64,000 bases of DNA from Candidatus Bathyarchaeota archaeon (GTDB lineage Archaea > Thermoproteota > Bathyarchaeia > Bathyarchaeales > Bathycorpusculaceae), in NCBI GenBank assembly GCA_963782525.1, contig CAWAKC010000007.1, positions 192,001 through 256,000 on the forward strand, written 5' to 3'. Position 1 is the stretch's first letter. Every line of letters starts with the position of its first letter. Under the pieces are notes generated by a model. That model was not told where the DNA came from. It made no database searches and saw nothing but the letters and a program-made list of their open reading frames with translations. The position numbers and the translations under genes were made by a program. This document shows, in pieces, positions 47,531 through 58,043 of the stretch.

Positions 47531-50080
47531 ATGCCTAAATCGAAACTTGCAATAGCATTTTTACTCATAATTTTATTTTTTGCTAGTTTTAACGCTACCT
47601 CTTTAATTGGAATAGGCAAGGTAAATGCTAATATCTCTTCAACCTCTGCCACTCTTGAAAGCGATGAGAGCTTGTTTCAGTATGAGTGGCCCCAGTTCCA
47701 AGGCGATTCCTCTTTCTCACGGTCTTCAGCAGGACCAGCCCCAGCAACATCAAATGTTCTGTGGAAAACCAACATAACAGGAATAGAACCCTACCTTGTA
47801 GCTTTTGACGGAAAAATTTTCGTCTGCACTACCACAGGCGTTAGTGCAGTTGACCAATCTGGACAAGTTGTCTGGCACAAAGACATTCCCATGAATGGAA
47901 CATGGCCCGTAGCCTACAAGATTGACAATACACATATGGTTGTTGAAGGCACATGCCTTGACCCGCAAACAGGCAACATCATTTGGACCAGCACACAATT
48001 CTCAGCTGACACAGGCGTTCTATTCGTCGCCAACGTATATAGTCCCGAAGAAAAAATGTTCTACGCCAAAGTCGGTTCCTACATTGACGCTTGGGACTTT
48101 TCTAATCCTTCGGCACCTCCAACTTTGGCTTGGCAAACCTATATTCCCGGCGGCGGCACCACGGGTTCAGGAGTAACGTATGGTGGTGGACTTGTTTTTC
48201 CAGGATCTTTTGAGAATCACCAGATGGCGCTTGATGCCCGAACAGGCAAGTTTGTTTGGGATACGCTAACGAAGGGACCGATGATTTTCAGCGGCTCCCA
48301 CTATGAAGGCAGGTATCTTAGAGGAGGAACAGATGACAATACACTATATTGTTTTAACGCTACAAACGGCGACATCCTGTGGACATACACCCCCAACACT
48401 GACGGATACTTCTGTGTGGGGACTGCAGTAGGTTATGGTATGGTTTATGCGCTCAACAAGGATGGCAATCTTTATGCGGTCAACGTAGAAACTGGCAAAC
48501 TTGCATGGAACTATACAGGTCCTGGTCCACTCATTTTTCCAGGTGCCCCCACGGTTGCAGATGGCAAAGTCTACGCAACAACAGGTCAAAACGCATATTA
48601 CAACAATGAAGTTGGTGCATCACAATTTGCATGTTTAGACGCCTACACTGGACAGGTAATTTGGAAACTTGAGATGGAAGCCCTTGCGCCCAAAGAATCT
48701 GTCATCGTTGCATACGGAACATTATATCTTATTCCAGGTGAAGTGACGACTGCCGTTGATACAATCTCGGGAAACGAGTATTCTACAGTTAATCAGCTTT
48801 GGGCAATGGGCACAACCACAGTTCCCACTAGCAACTGGTCCATGTGGGGAGCGCACCCAACCCACTCATCAACCGCATCCGAAGGACCAAATAACCTTAC
48901 TTTAGCCTGGAAATTCACGACAAACGGGTCCGTTCTATCCTCACCAACCATTGTTGACGGAATCGTTTACTTTGGTTCTCAGGACAAAAACATCTATGCT
49001 GTTGGCGCATGGAGCGGTAATCTGCTCTGGAGTTTCGCAACCAAAGCAACTGTTGAATCTTCAGTTGCTGTCGTGAATGGAAAGGTTTACACGGGCGGAG
49101 ACGACGGCAACGTCTACTGTCTTGACGCTTACAACGGCAACCTCATCTGGACAACCGCTGTCAATGGCAACATGCAAGGTACATTTTCCACTATAGTTAT
49201 GAAATCTTCACCCGCCGTGTCAAATGGCCTTGTGTACGTTGGATCTATGGACGGCAACATGTACGCTCTTGACGCGAACGGCGGCAATGTTGTTTGGAAA
49301 ACGGCAACTCTTGGCTCGATAGAAAATTCTCCTTCAGTCTCTGACGGCGCTGTATTCTTCACTTCCCACGAACCGACAACTGGTATGCTCTACAAACTTG
49401 ACGCTGCTAACGGAGCTGTAATTTGGACTCGGTCAATTCCCTATGTTCCTGTTTTCATCGGTGGATCGGAAATGTTAGGTTCAACATCGGTGGCAGACGG
49501 CATGGTATTTACGTCATCCAATGTTATCACTTATTATGCTGTTAGCGAGGCAACAGGCGAGGTTGTATGGAATTTCACCAACAAGGATGCTGGCGAATTC
49601 ATCTATAATGCCCCGATATACCAGAACGGACAAGTTATTCTCATCGACAAATTCAATATAGCATGTCTCAACGCAAACACTGGAAAAGTTATTTGGAGCT
49701 TTTACACCGGTGATGAATTGTATGTTGCGCCAACATATGCAGACGGCAAAGTCTACGACGTAACTAGCCAACGCCACATATTCGTACTCGACGCTGCTAA
49801 CAATGGTGAAAAACTTGAAACTATGGATATGCCTTCAAGCAGCTGGTCTTCACCAACCATCGCAAACAACAGGCTATATATAGGCTGCAACGACTGGAAC
49901 GTTTATGCCTTTAGGGAAAACGTTACGAACCAACCCTCAACTACAATTTCCTCAAGCAGCTCAACTTTATCATCTGACATGTTAGCGTTGATTGCCATTT
50001 CAGTTGCAGCCGTGGTCATCGCAGTCTCGGCCGTGGGTTATGTAATTAAAAAAAGAAGCAAAAAACCGTTGAGCCTATAG
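47531..50080 (+). CDS. Membrane-anchored tandem PQQ-like beta-propeller protein
   Basis: Signal peptide, many A.D..TG..LW repeats in two modules (WPQFQGD / WSMWGAH starts), C-terminal TM plus KKR. Confidence 0.88.
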   Translation: MPKSKLAIAFLLIILFFASFNATSLIGIGKVNANISSTSATLESDESLFQYEWPQFQGDSSFSRSSAGPAPATSNVLWKTNITGIEPYLVAFDGKIFVCTTTGVSAVDQSGQVVWHKDIPMNGTWPVAYKIDNTHMVVEGTCLDPQTGNIIWTSTQFSADTGVLFVANVYSPEEKMFYAKVGSYIDAWDFSNPSAPPTLAWQTYIPGGGTTGSGVTYGGGLVFPGSFENHQMALDARTGKFVWDTLTKGPMIFSGSHYEGRYLRGGTDDNTLYCFNATNGDILWTYTPNTDGYFCVGTAVGYGMVYALNKDGNLYAVNVETGKLAWNYTGPGPLIFPGAPTVADGKVYATTGQNAYYNNEVGASQFACLDAYTGQVIWKLEMEALAPKESVIVAYGTLYLIPGEVTTAVDTISGNEYSTVNQLWAMGTTTVPTSNWSMWGAHPTHSSTASEGPNNLTLAWKFTTNGSVLSSPTIVDGIVYFGSQDKNIYAVGAWSGNLLWSFATKATVESSVAVVNGKVYTGGDDGNVYCLDAYNGNLIWTTAVNGNMQGTFSTIVMKSSPAVSNGLVYVGSMDGNMYALDANGGNVVWKTATLGSIENSPSVSDGAVFFTSHEPTTGMLYKLDAANGAVIWTRSIPYVPVFIGGSEMLGSTSVADGMVFTSSNVITYYAVSEATGEVVWNFTNKDAGEFIYNAPIYQNGQVILIDKFNIACLNANTGKVIWSFYTGDELYVAPTYADGKVYDVTSQRHIFVLDAANNGEKLETMDMPSSSWSSPTIANNRLYIGCNDWNVYAFRENVTNQPSTTISSSSSTLSSDMLALIAISVAAVVIAVSAVGYVIKKRSKKPLSL

Positions 50081-50367
50081 CCAAGCGGGGGTCTTTTCCG
50101 CTGCAGCTACAACGACGTCTACCTTTCGGTAACATTAAAACTCAATCTCTTCAGGGCATCTGGAACAAAATGCAAAGTAGCGAATTCTTCGCCAACGTCA
50201 GAGACAAGAGTAACCTAAAAGGCAAATGTGACATTTGTGAATACAAGGATATTTGCGATGGACACCGTACTTCGGCGCCGTTCTTCACAGGAGACATCTT
50301 GGGACCTGACCCACAATGGCCTACATCCTCAAAGTGTTACGCGAGAAATAAGCACTCTTACCTATAG
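50081..50367 (+). pseudogene. SPASM-domain remnant of a radical SAM gene
   Basis: GNIKTQSLQGIW...RDKSNLKGKCDICEYKDICDGHR...GDILGPDP; several Cys lost, no radical SAM core. Confidence 0.75.
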
Positions 50368-50532
50368 CTTGTTCTTAGCTATTGGCTGTTGATTAAGCCA
50401 AAGTCAAACAGTACAAAGAATTTAAAAAAGAGATGCACCTATGAAATATCCACCAATCCGAATAGCAGTTTTATATAAAAAAACGCTTGACTTAAATAAA
50501 CGTATATAAAAACTCGAACGAAGGCAAGCAAT

Positions 50533-52953
50533 ATGAGCCAAGAAAAAAACAAAAAAATTACCCTCAACATTGGCGGCATGAGTTGCATAAACTGCGCTCA
50601 CACCATTGAAAAGGAACTTGCCAAACTAAAAGGTGTAACCCAAGCTACCGTAAACCTCGCTGCTGAACAAGCACTAATAGACTACAACCCCGACCGCATC
50701 ACTCAAAAAACTATCGAAACCGCCATCACCGACGCAGGCTACCATGTAATCCACGAAAAAATCGTCCTTCAAATCGGCGGCATGTCATGCGTTAACTGTG
50801 CCAAAACCATCGAGAAAGCCCTGGGCAACCGCGAAGGAGTCTACAATGCAGTCGTCAATTTTGCCGCTGAAAGCGTCTCAGTTGAATACAACCCCCAGCA
50901 AATCAGCTTGCCAAGCATCAAAAAAACCATCCAGGACAGCGGATACCAAGTAATCGAACAACAACAAAAAACCCATGAGGATACAGCGGGTGAAGAACGC
51001 AAACGCCACATCCGGCACCTAAAAATTCTCTTAGTCACTAGCGTTGCCCTGACTATTCCAATCCTTGTTTTGATGTGGCTCTCACCTCTGCCCATGGAGC
51101 AAAACAACATCCTCATGTTCCTGCTTGCAACGCCAGTTCAGTTCATCGTGGGATGGACCTTTTACGTTGGCACCTACAAGGGGCTGCGAAACAAGACCAC
51201 TAACATGGACACCTTAATTGCCATGGGCACATCCACCGCATGGATCTACAGCACCTTCGTTACTTTTGCCCCAGGCGTTTTTCCAGGGGCTGGAGTATTC
51301 TTCGATACCGCTACCATGATTATGAGCTTCATTTTGCTAGGAAAACTCTTAGATGCCGTAGCTAAGGGCAGAACCTCGGAAGCCATCCGAAAAATCATGG
51401 GTCTCCAAGCCAAAACAGCCCGAGTCATCCGCAACGGTGAGGAACAGGAAATTCCAGTTGAAGACGTACAAGTAGGCGACATCGTCGTGGTTAGACCGGG
51501 AGAAAAAATCCCCGTCGACGGCACGGTTACCGAAGGCTATTCGGCAGTGGACGAGAAAGTCATCACGGGCGAAAGCATTCCAGTCGAAAAGAGAATCGGC
51601 GACCAAGTCGTAGGAGCCACCATGAACAAGACGGGTATGCTCAAGTTCAAAGCCACCAAAGTGGGCAAAGACACAGTTCTTGCCCAAATCATTAGCATGG
51701 TTGAAGATGCGTTAACTTCGAAAGCGCCTATTCAAAGATTAGCCGACATTGCTTCCGGATATTTCGTTCCAGCCATCATAATTACTGCGACACTTTCAGC
51801 AGTGTTATGGTACTTTATTGTCGGAGCATCCTTCATTTTCTCACTCACCGTTTTCATCGCAGTGTTAATCGTGGCTTGTCCTTGCGCTCTTGGACTCGCT
51901 ACTCCGACAGCGATAATGGTGGGTGTCGGAAAAGGAGCAGAAAACGGAATCCTAATAAAAAGCGGCGAAGCATTGGAAGCGGTATACAAGCTTCAAGCAG
52001 TTGTTTTTGACAAAACAGGAACACTAACGAAGGGCGAACCCGAAGTAACCGACATCGCCCCATCTGAACCGTTCGGGGAAACCCAGCTTCTGCAGTTCGC
52101 CGCTATCGCAGAGAAAAACTCCGAGCATCCGCTGGGAGCAGCCATAGTGAAAAGAGCAAAGGAAAAGGGAATTCAAGTTGATGAACCGGAATTGTTCAAC
52201 GCTATCCCTGGATACGGAGTAGAGGTGGAACATAGGGGCGCCAAAATATTGTTGGGTAACCGAAAACTGATGGAGGCAAACAACTTGGACATCAAGGCGC
52301 TTGAGGGGAAAATGTCGGCGTTTGAGGAAGAAGGCAAAACTGCTATGCTCCTCGCCGTTGACAACCAACTTGCGGGTTTAATAGCGGTGGCTGACACCTT
52401 AAAGGAGCACTCCGCCGACGCAGTTAAGACTCTTCAACAGATGGGATTGGAAGTCATCATGATTACGGGCGACAACCAGAGAACCGCCAAAGCCATCGCA
52501 GCGCAGGTAGGCGTTAACCGCGTCTTTGCAGAGGTTCTTCCAAGCGAAAAAGCAACAGAGATAAAGCGTCTGCAATCCGAAGGCAAAGTTGTTGCTATGG
52601 TTGGTGACGGAATAAACGATGCTCCTGCTTTGGCGCAAGCAAACATTGGAATTGCTGTCGGCAGCGGAACAGATGTAGCTATTGAAACGGGAGATATCGT
52701 GTTAATTAAGAATGATTTGAGGGATGTGGTGGTAGCTATTCAGTTGAGCCGCGCTACGATGAAGAAAATTCGCCAGAACCTTTTCTGGGCATTCTTCTAC
52801 AATATAGTCCTCATTCCCTTAGCGGCAGGAGCGTTCTACCCTATTTTACATGTGCTATTCAATCCGGTGTACGCGGCGGCAGCTATGGCAAGCAGCTCAG
52901 TAACCGTGGTTACCAACGCTTCACTCCTCAGGAGATTTAAACCAAAAATCTAG
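50533..52953 (+). CDS. copA: Cu(I)-translocating P1B ATPase
   Basis: Two GMSCxxC domains, [31 protein letters not shown] and MASSS. Confidence 0.95.
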   Translation: MSQEKNKKITLNIGGMSCINCAHTIEKELAKLKGVTQATVNLAAEQALIDYNPDRITQKTIETAITDAGYHVIHEKIVLQIGGMSCVNCAKTIEKALGNREGVYNAVVNFAAESVSVEYNPQQISLPSIKKTIQDSGYQVIEQQQKTHEDTAGEERKRHIRHLKILLVTSVALTIPILVLMWLSPLPMEQNNILMFLLATPVQFIVGWTFYVGTYKGLRNKTTNMDTLIAMGTSTAWIYSTFVTFAPGVFPGAGVFFDTATMIMSFILLGKLLDAVAKGRTSEAIRKIMGLQAKTARVIRNGEEQEIPVEDVQVGDIVVVRPGEKIPVDGTVTEGYSAVDEKVITGESIPVEKRIGDQVVGATMNKTGMLKFKATKVGKDTVLAQIISMVEDALTSKAPIQRLADIASGYFVPAIIITATLSAVLWYFIVGASFIFSLTVFIAVLIVACPCALGLATPTAIMVGVGKGAENGILIKSGEALEAVYKLQAVVFDKTGTLTKGEPEVTDIAPSEPFGETQLLQFAAIAEKNSEHPLGAAIVKRAKEKGIQVDEPELFNAIPGYGVEVEHRGAKILLGNRKLMEANNLDIKALEGKMSAFEEEGKTAMLLAVDNQLAGLIAVADTLKEHSADAVKTLQQMGLEVIMITGDNQRTAKAIAAQVGVNRVFAEVLPSEKATEIKRLQSEGKVVAMVGDGINDAPALAQANIGIAVGSGTDVAIETGDIVLIKNDLRDVVVAIQLSRATMKKIRQNLFWAFFYNIVLIPLAAGAFYPILHVLFNPVYAAAAMASSSVTVVTNASLLRRFKPKI

Positions 52954-52986
52954 TCACAAAATGTCAAGCATTGGAGGTGAAAAAGT

Positions 52987-53175
52987 ATGGCTAAAGATTT
53001 AGTGTGCAACATGGATGTAGACGAGAAAACTGCTAAGTACAAAACTATCTACCAAGGCAAATACTATTATTTCTGTGCTCCGGGATGCAAAAAATCCTTC
53101 GAAGCAAACCCCCAAAAATACATTGGAGGTAACTCGTCAAATCACAGTTGCAATTGCGGTCACGACCAATGCTAA
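52987..53175 (+). CDS. YHS/TRASH-domain copper chaperone-like protein
   Basis: DLVCNM...YYFCAPGCKKSF..NPQKY; GGAGGTGA SD; directly after copA. Confidence 0.88.
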   Translation: MAKDLVCNMDVDEKTAKYKTIYQGKYYYFCAPGCKKSFEANPQKYIGGNSSNHSCNCGHDQC

Positions 53176-53373
53176 ATCGTTAAGGTTTAGCCTATGACGT
53201 TCTTTTCTTTTGTTTCTTTAAGCTTTTTTCGCTCGGCAAATTTTGGTATTTTTATTCTTTTGATGAGCACCAAATAAGGGACAAACGCGTGCTCAATATC
53301 TTACGAAAATTTATTATATAAAAAGCTCGTTTTGAAGTATAGTGAGTCTGATTACTCACTCTTGGCGATAGAT

Positions 53374-53697
53374 ATGGAAAATTTGGAATCAAAGAATAAA
53401 CCGCAGACAGAGGCTCCAACTCTGGATGGGTTAATCAAAAGGGAATGGGAAATGATCATTGAACTCCACAAAATGCTCAAAGACCCTGAACTCACAGTAA
53501 CTGAGAGGACACGGGTAGCCACAGTTTTTGCCTTCCACGCAAACACATTGAACAGGATGCTAACCCAAAAGGGCGAAAAAAACCAGTTTGAAGACCAAAA
53601 CTTGGGGGACTATGTGAGAGGCATAGAACCAAGGGTAGCTAGACGTTTTAGGCGTGACTTTAGAGTATGGAAGAAAGCACTTACGTCGAGAAGGTAA
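53374..53697 (+). CDS. Small helical protein in the terminase small-subunit position
   Basis: 107-aa predicted helical protein with an Arg-rich C-terminus, overlapping terL by 31 nt; TATATAAA upstream. Confidence 0.65.
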   Translation: MENLESKNKPQTEAPTLDGLIKREWEMIIELHKMLKDPELTVTERTRVATVFAFHANTLNRMLTQKGEKNQFEDQNLGDYVRGIEPRVARRFRRDFRVWKKALTSRR

Positions 53698-55136
53698 TTA
53701 ACGATCCTGAATTCGCGTTCCAAGCCTATAATGATCTTAGGCGAAGACCCAAAGCCTTCAAAGAACTATGCTCTTACCGTGAAGTGACACGCAAACTTGT
53801 ACAAGATCCTGCGTTCTTTGCCATTTTAATGTGCGGCGACGGCTGGCTAAATAAAGCACCCAACCACCAGAAACTTCTTCAAGACCAGAGTTCAAGGCAG
53901 ATCGCTGTTTGTGGAAGAGGCTGGGGAAAAAGCCTTGTTTTTAGCCGAAAAAACCTCTGGCTTCTCTTCACAAAACCCAATTGCGAAAGTCTGATAATCA
54001 GCAGTACTCAACGCCAAAGCATGATCATGTTTGACTATTGCTACTCCACCATAATGGCAAATCCGCTTATGCGCGATATGCTTCAACGTCCTGGAACGAC
54101 GCGCACAGTTATTAAGCTAAAACCCCCGATAAACAGTAAACTCATCGCGTTGCCCTGTTCCCCAGATAAGCTCAGAGGTTATCATCCTGACTGGGTCTTT
54201 CTTGATGAGGCAAGCATTATCCCAACTGAGATGATCACTAGTGAAATCATGATGATGCTCACAAAACCCAGTTCCTCCTTAGTTATGAGCGGAACACCTA
54301 TGGCGTTTGACCACGTTTTTCGCAAAGCTTTCCTGGACACAAAACGCTACTCAATACATCATTACCCAAGCGATTCCAGCCCTCTTGTGAGTCAAGCGCA
54401 ACTCGAGGAATGGCGAGACATGATGACCAAGGAAGAATGGCAAAGAGAAGTTGAAGCGCTCTGGGTCGAAGCAACCCAGACTTTCTTTCCCATGGATCTC
54501 ATAGCAAAATGTATAGACCCTGAACTGGACAATCCAGCTTCCCCAAACCAGTATATCCAAGACATAGAACACATCGACAGCCAACAGTTGATCGGCAGGT
54601 ATTTTGGGGGTTTAGATTTGGGCAAACAAATTGACTTTAGCGTTCTGGTGGTGGTTCAGCTAACAGATGATGGCGAAGTTAGGCTGGTGCATAAGCGCCA
54701 GTTTCCTCTGGGCACGTCCTACCCAGAAGTTATCGCTTACGTAGCCAAAGCCTGTCAAGCCTTCAACTTTGACGGAATGTACGTTGACAAAACGGGTATA
54801 GGCGACGCCGTAGTGGATGAGCTCGAGGGTATAGGTATTCCAGAAGTAAAAGGCGTCTTCTTTACGGACGCAGAGAAAGAGAACATGCTCAACTACCTCA
54901 AATTACTAATGGAGAAAAAACAACTTCGCTTACAAGGCGGGGACAAGCAGCTTATTGCCCAAATTAACGAGCAACAATACGAGTACCTCCAGCCAAGCAC
55001 AGCGCAAGAACACATCCATATGAAATATAGGCACCCCAGAGGCAGACACGACGACCAACTATTTGCTTTAGCGCTAGCCTGTTATGCAACCAAAGAAGCC
55101 CAACCAGAACAGTTCGTTTTCATGGTCCCAAGATAA
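53667..55136 (+). CDS. Phage-type terminase large subunit
   Basis: HQ motif, Walker A GRGWGKS, LRG...VFLDEA Walker B, SGTP coupling motif, RNase H acidic residues GLDLG...DFS, VDKTGIG, HDD..FALALA. Confidence 0.9.
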   Translation: MEESTYVEKVINDPEFAFQAYNDLRRRPKAFKELCSYREVTRKLVQDPAFFAILMCGDGWLNKAPNHQKLLQDQSSRQIAVCGRGWGKSLVFSRKNLWLLFTKPNCESLIISSTQRQSMIMFDYCYSTIMANPLMRDMLQRPGTTRTVIKLKPPINSKLIALPCSPDKLRGYHPDWVFLDEASIIPTEMITSEIMMMLTKPSSSLVMSGTPMAFDHVFRKAFLDTKRYSIHHYPSDSSPLVSQAQLEEWRDMMTKEEWQREVEALWVEATQTFFPMDLIAKCIDPELDNPASPNQYIQDIEHIDSQQLIGRYFGGLDLGKQIDFSVLVVVQLTDDGEVRLVHKRQFPLGTSYPEVIAYVAKACQAFNFDGMYVDKTGIGDAVVDELEGIGIPEVKGVFFTDAEKENMLNYLKLLMEKKQLRLQGGDKQLIAQINEQQYEYLQPSTAQEHIHMKYRHPRGRHDDQLFALALACYATKEAQPEQFVFMVPR

Positions 55137-55150
55137 CAAAGCACAAATCT

Positions 55151-55501
55151 TTATCCTTGCTCAGAAACCGAACTTTTCAAAGCGTCTTCAATCTCACCCC
55201 TCAACTCAGAATCGCGCACCTTAAGCAACAACCCAACCAGACGGCCCGCAATATTTACCTCCACCCCTCCTTCTCCGCGGTAAAATCGCCTTCCCTTGCG
55301 TAACCAATCAACTAAAACCCGAGCCTCAGCCTCAAAACCTTCAATGTTTCTTTCAGGAAAAACCAAAAGCTCACCCTCCACACAAACGCCCATAAACTGC
55401 TCAAAAGCACCAGTTACGGTACACCCTCCTGCAGAAGCTACACTCTTGAAATCACTGTAAAGCTGGGCTTCAAACCTAAAGCCCTTAAAGACCTTAGCCA
55501 A
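55151..55501 (-). CDS. Putative ribbon-helix-helix DNA-binding protein
   Basis: TTG start with AGGGG SD; KVFKGFRFEAQLYSDFKSVA...TVTGAFEQFM strand-helix-helix pattern. Confidence 0.6.
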   Translation of the reverse strand: MAKVFKGFRFEAQLYSDFKSVASAGGCTVTGAFEQFMGVCVEGELLVFPERNIEGFEAEARVLVDWLRKGRRFYRGEGGVEVNIAGRLVGLLLKVRDSELRGEIEDALKSSVSEQG

Positions 55502-55515
55502 CGCACAAACCCCTG

Positions 55516-55550
55516 TATAAACAAAATATATAAACAAAATATAAACAAAA
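55516..55550. repeat. Three direct repeats of TATAAACAAAA
   Basis: Exact copies at 55516-55526, 55529-55539 and 55540-55550, over the promoter region of the RHH-like gene. Confidence 0.85.
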
Positions 55551-55745
55551 CGCCCAACGTCAACAAACACCTCTCAATCAAACAGTGAATAAGCTAGAGG
55601 AAGCATGTTTCGGGTCCTCATGCAAAAGCTCCCTATATTGTCCATGGTTAAAACACAGTTAAAATTCTTTTTTACAGTTTTAACTCATTCAGAGTGCTCA
55701 GAGACTTAAGAAAAAAAGGGTTTAATTTTGGATAATTAACACAAG

Positions 55746-56525
55746 TTAAGTTGTTTTCTTTATCAAAAGCTCACAAATACCGTCGATGCTTTGAACTGCA
55801 GCGATTTCCTTGTTTTTTAGCGGGGTTTCTCCAAGCATATCTGCCTCGATTACTTTTTGGTCCCATGGCACAAAAGCTAGAACCTCAATGCCGTTTTGGT
55901 CAGCAAAAGTTTGGATAGCATTTTTCTGGGTGTCGTTCATTACGCGGTTACCTATAAGATAGAGTTGTTTCATGCCCGCAGCCATTGCCATATCATGGAT
56001 GTGCTTTGCGATTTCCAGCGATTTCAGGTTAGAATCAGCGACAATTAAGAGGGCATCGACTTCTTTTGCGGTGCCCCTGCCGATGTGTTCCACGCCTGCC
56101 TCCAAATCCAAGACCACTGCCTCGTCGCGTTCCACGATTAGATTCCGCAGGAGCGCTCGGATAACGGCGGTTGGGGCACACATACAGCCTGCCCCCATGG
56201 AGTGAACTGTTCCCATAACAATTAAATTTACGCCAAGAGGGGTAGGAACAGAGTACTGTTTCACGATGTCGTCGACACTGAAGTTCAGATTGTAGACGCC
56301 TGAGTAACCCGTACTCGTTTTTGACTCAATCAAGGGTTTATTTTCTGAAATAGGAACTATCTTACGGGTTTCCTCCGTTGACAACCCCAACGTTAACCCC
56401 AAATTCGGAGAAGAATCCGCATCAATTCCTATAGTTTTTAAACCGCGTTCAGAAAAACCGCGGGCCAAGCCGCCAGCGATGAGAGTTTTGCCAACGCCGC
56501 CTTTACCAGAAACAGCAACCTTCAT
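55746..56525 (-). CDS. cooC: CooC-like Ni-insertion ATPase (second copy)
   Basis: MKVAVSGKGGVGKT, IDAD..PNL, GAGCMC, DLEAGVEHIGRGT. Confidence 0.9.
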   Translation of the reverse strand: MKVAVSGKGGVGKTLIAGGLARGFSERGLKTIGIDADSSPNLGLTLGLSTEETRKIVPISENKPLIESKTSTGYSGVYNLNFSVDDIVKQYSVPTPLGVNLIVMGTVHSMGAGCMCAPTAVIRALLRNLIVERDEAVVLDLEAGVEHIGRGTAKEVDALLIVADSNLKSLEIAKHIHDMAMAAGMKQLYLIGNRVMNDTQKNAIQTFADQNGIEVLAFVPWDQKVIEADMLGETPLKNKEIAAVQSIDGICELLIKKTT

Positions 56526-56729
56526 ACAATCACAAACTAAAAATAATTTCATAGTCAAACTAATTTACATTTTCCCTACCCCAAAACATTGGCAACATAA
56601 TTTTTTGGCGCAACAACAGCGCTCTCAGGCAACCTAGTCTACTTTGGCTTAACACATTCGCATTCACGATAGCAAGTACTAGTGCTGGCAAAGGGTATTT
56701 TTTATCTGCCTACTTTAGAGATAAATGGG

Positions 56730-57758
56730 TCAATAGCTGTCTATTTTCTTTTTTTTAATTACTATTATCGTAAGAAGCGTGAAAAGTAGCAGTGGCAGCA
56801 CTGTTAGCCACGAGAGCTCTGGAATTGAAGGAGACGGTGCTGCTGTTGGGCTTGGGGTTAGCATTGGTGTTGCACTAATATTGGGTGTGAAAGTTGCTGT
56901 CGGTTGTTGCGTTGGTATTGATTGAGGCGTCTGAGTAGGTGTGGGTGTTGGAGCGGGGGAAGTTGTCGGCTCTGCAACACTATAGTCTAACAATTCTAAT
57001 GAAAAAGCCAGCGAACCCCCTGGCATATAATCTAGTTCTTTTACTTGTCTGTGTGCCTTTTCTGAGTAATAAATATCTGAGCTTGAGCCTCCGCTGTCTG
57101 TCCTTCTAATCACAAAGGTTTGAAAACTACCGGCTGGCACTTGAACATCCTCAGTTCTTAGCACTGAACAGTTTTGAGTTATTTTTTGGTTACTAGTACT
57201 ATTGGTTAACACGCCATTCAAATAATGTTTAAAAGTTATGGCTTGAGTGGTTGTCGATGACCAGGTTTTTCCAACATAAAGAGGAAAAGCGATGTCGTTT
57301 AATGGTGGATTGCAAATGGTTTCTGTTGTGATTGTTTCGTTAAATGTCGTAGTAGTTGTTTTTATAGTGTTTTCTGTTTTGGGTGTTGTGTAGTCTGTTT
57401 TTGTTTCATATTGTTTGCCGCTAGTTGTCCAGTTGCCTGTGTAACCTGATCCTGAAGTGGTTCCTCCACCTGCCATTGTGAATTCTGTACAATCATAGCC
57501 CGAAGCTGAAACAGAGGTGCTCGTAATCTCCTCAGTCATGGTGCCTTTTAATCCAGAAGGCTGTTGGTAGTTGACGCTTAATGTCCACTTATCGCCCAAG
57601 GTTCTGGAAGGCAATGAAGCAGTTTGACCTGCCACCGATGAAATATTAGGTAAAATTGAGCTTACCAAAATTGCCGCAATTAAAACAACTAATATCGACA
57701 AACTTCTCAAGTTAGCCTTGGGCAATATGAGTCCTTCACATTGGAAACTATAGTACAT
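56730..57758 (-). CDS. Secreted/surface protein with Pro/Thr linker and PEF-CTERM-like anchor
   Basis: Signal peptide, V.VPAGSF.T motif, PT-rich linker, IPEL + TM + KKKK. Confidence 0.8.
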   Translation of the reverse strand: MYYSFQCEGLILPKANLRSLSILVVLIAAILVSSILPNISSVAGQTASLPSRTLGDKWTLSVNYQQPSGLKGTMTEEITSTSVSASGYDCTEFTMAGGGTTSGSGYTGNWTTSGKQYETKTDYTTPKTENTIKTTTTTFNETITTETICNPPLNDIAFPLYVGKTWSSTTTQAITFKHYLNGVLTNSTSNQKITQNCSVLRTEDVQVPAGSFQTFVIRRTDSGGSSSDIYYSEKAHRQVKELDYMPGGSLAFSLELLDYSVAEPTTSPAPTPTPTQTPQSIPTQQPTATFTPNISATPMLTPSPTAAPSPSIPELSWLTVLPLLLFTLLTIIVIKKKKIDSY

Positions 57759-58043
57759 TTTTGTCTTAAGCCTTTCTCATGCTAACGGTTTTTCTTCTAA
57801 AGATGCCAAGAATAGGCGACATATCAAAAAGCATGGTATCAACACATTACCGAGACAAAGCCTCCGCTTAGAAGTATCTGGCTCAAATCAGCTTAACTTT
57901 CTTTTTTGCTACTCAATTAAAAACCTTTATTCACTCAGAAAAAACTCAGATTACGTTTTACTTTCCTAATTATTAATTATCGTTTTGTTAGGTGAATAGT
58001 AACCTTTATCTGCAAATAGGTATGAAAGTTATACTGTGAGAAT

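Noticed and set aside
55516-55550. TATAAACAAAA repeats as a fifth copy of the two-box motif, or as a CRISPR array
   Set aside because: They lack the GTTTA-N5-TAAAC palindromes and TATTAATA spacing; the units are too short and have no spacers
56825-56975. Low-complexity GT-rich stretch as a DNA repeat element
   Set aside because: Explained by the Pro/Thr linker codons of the surface protein
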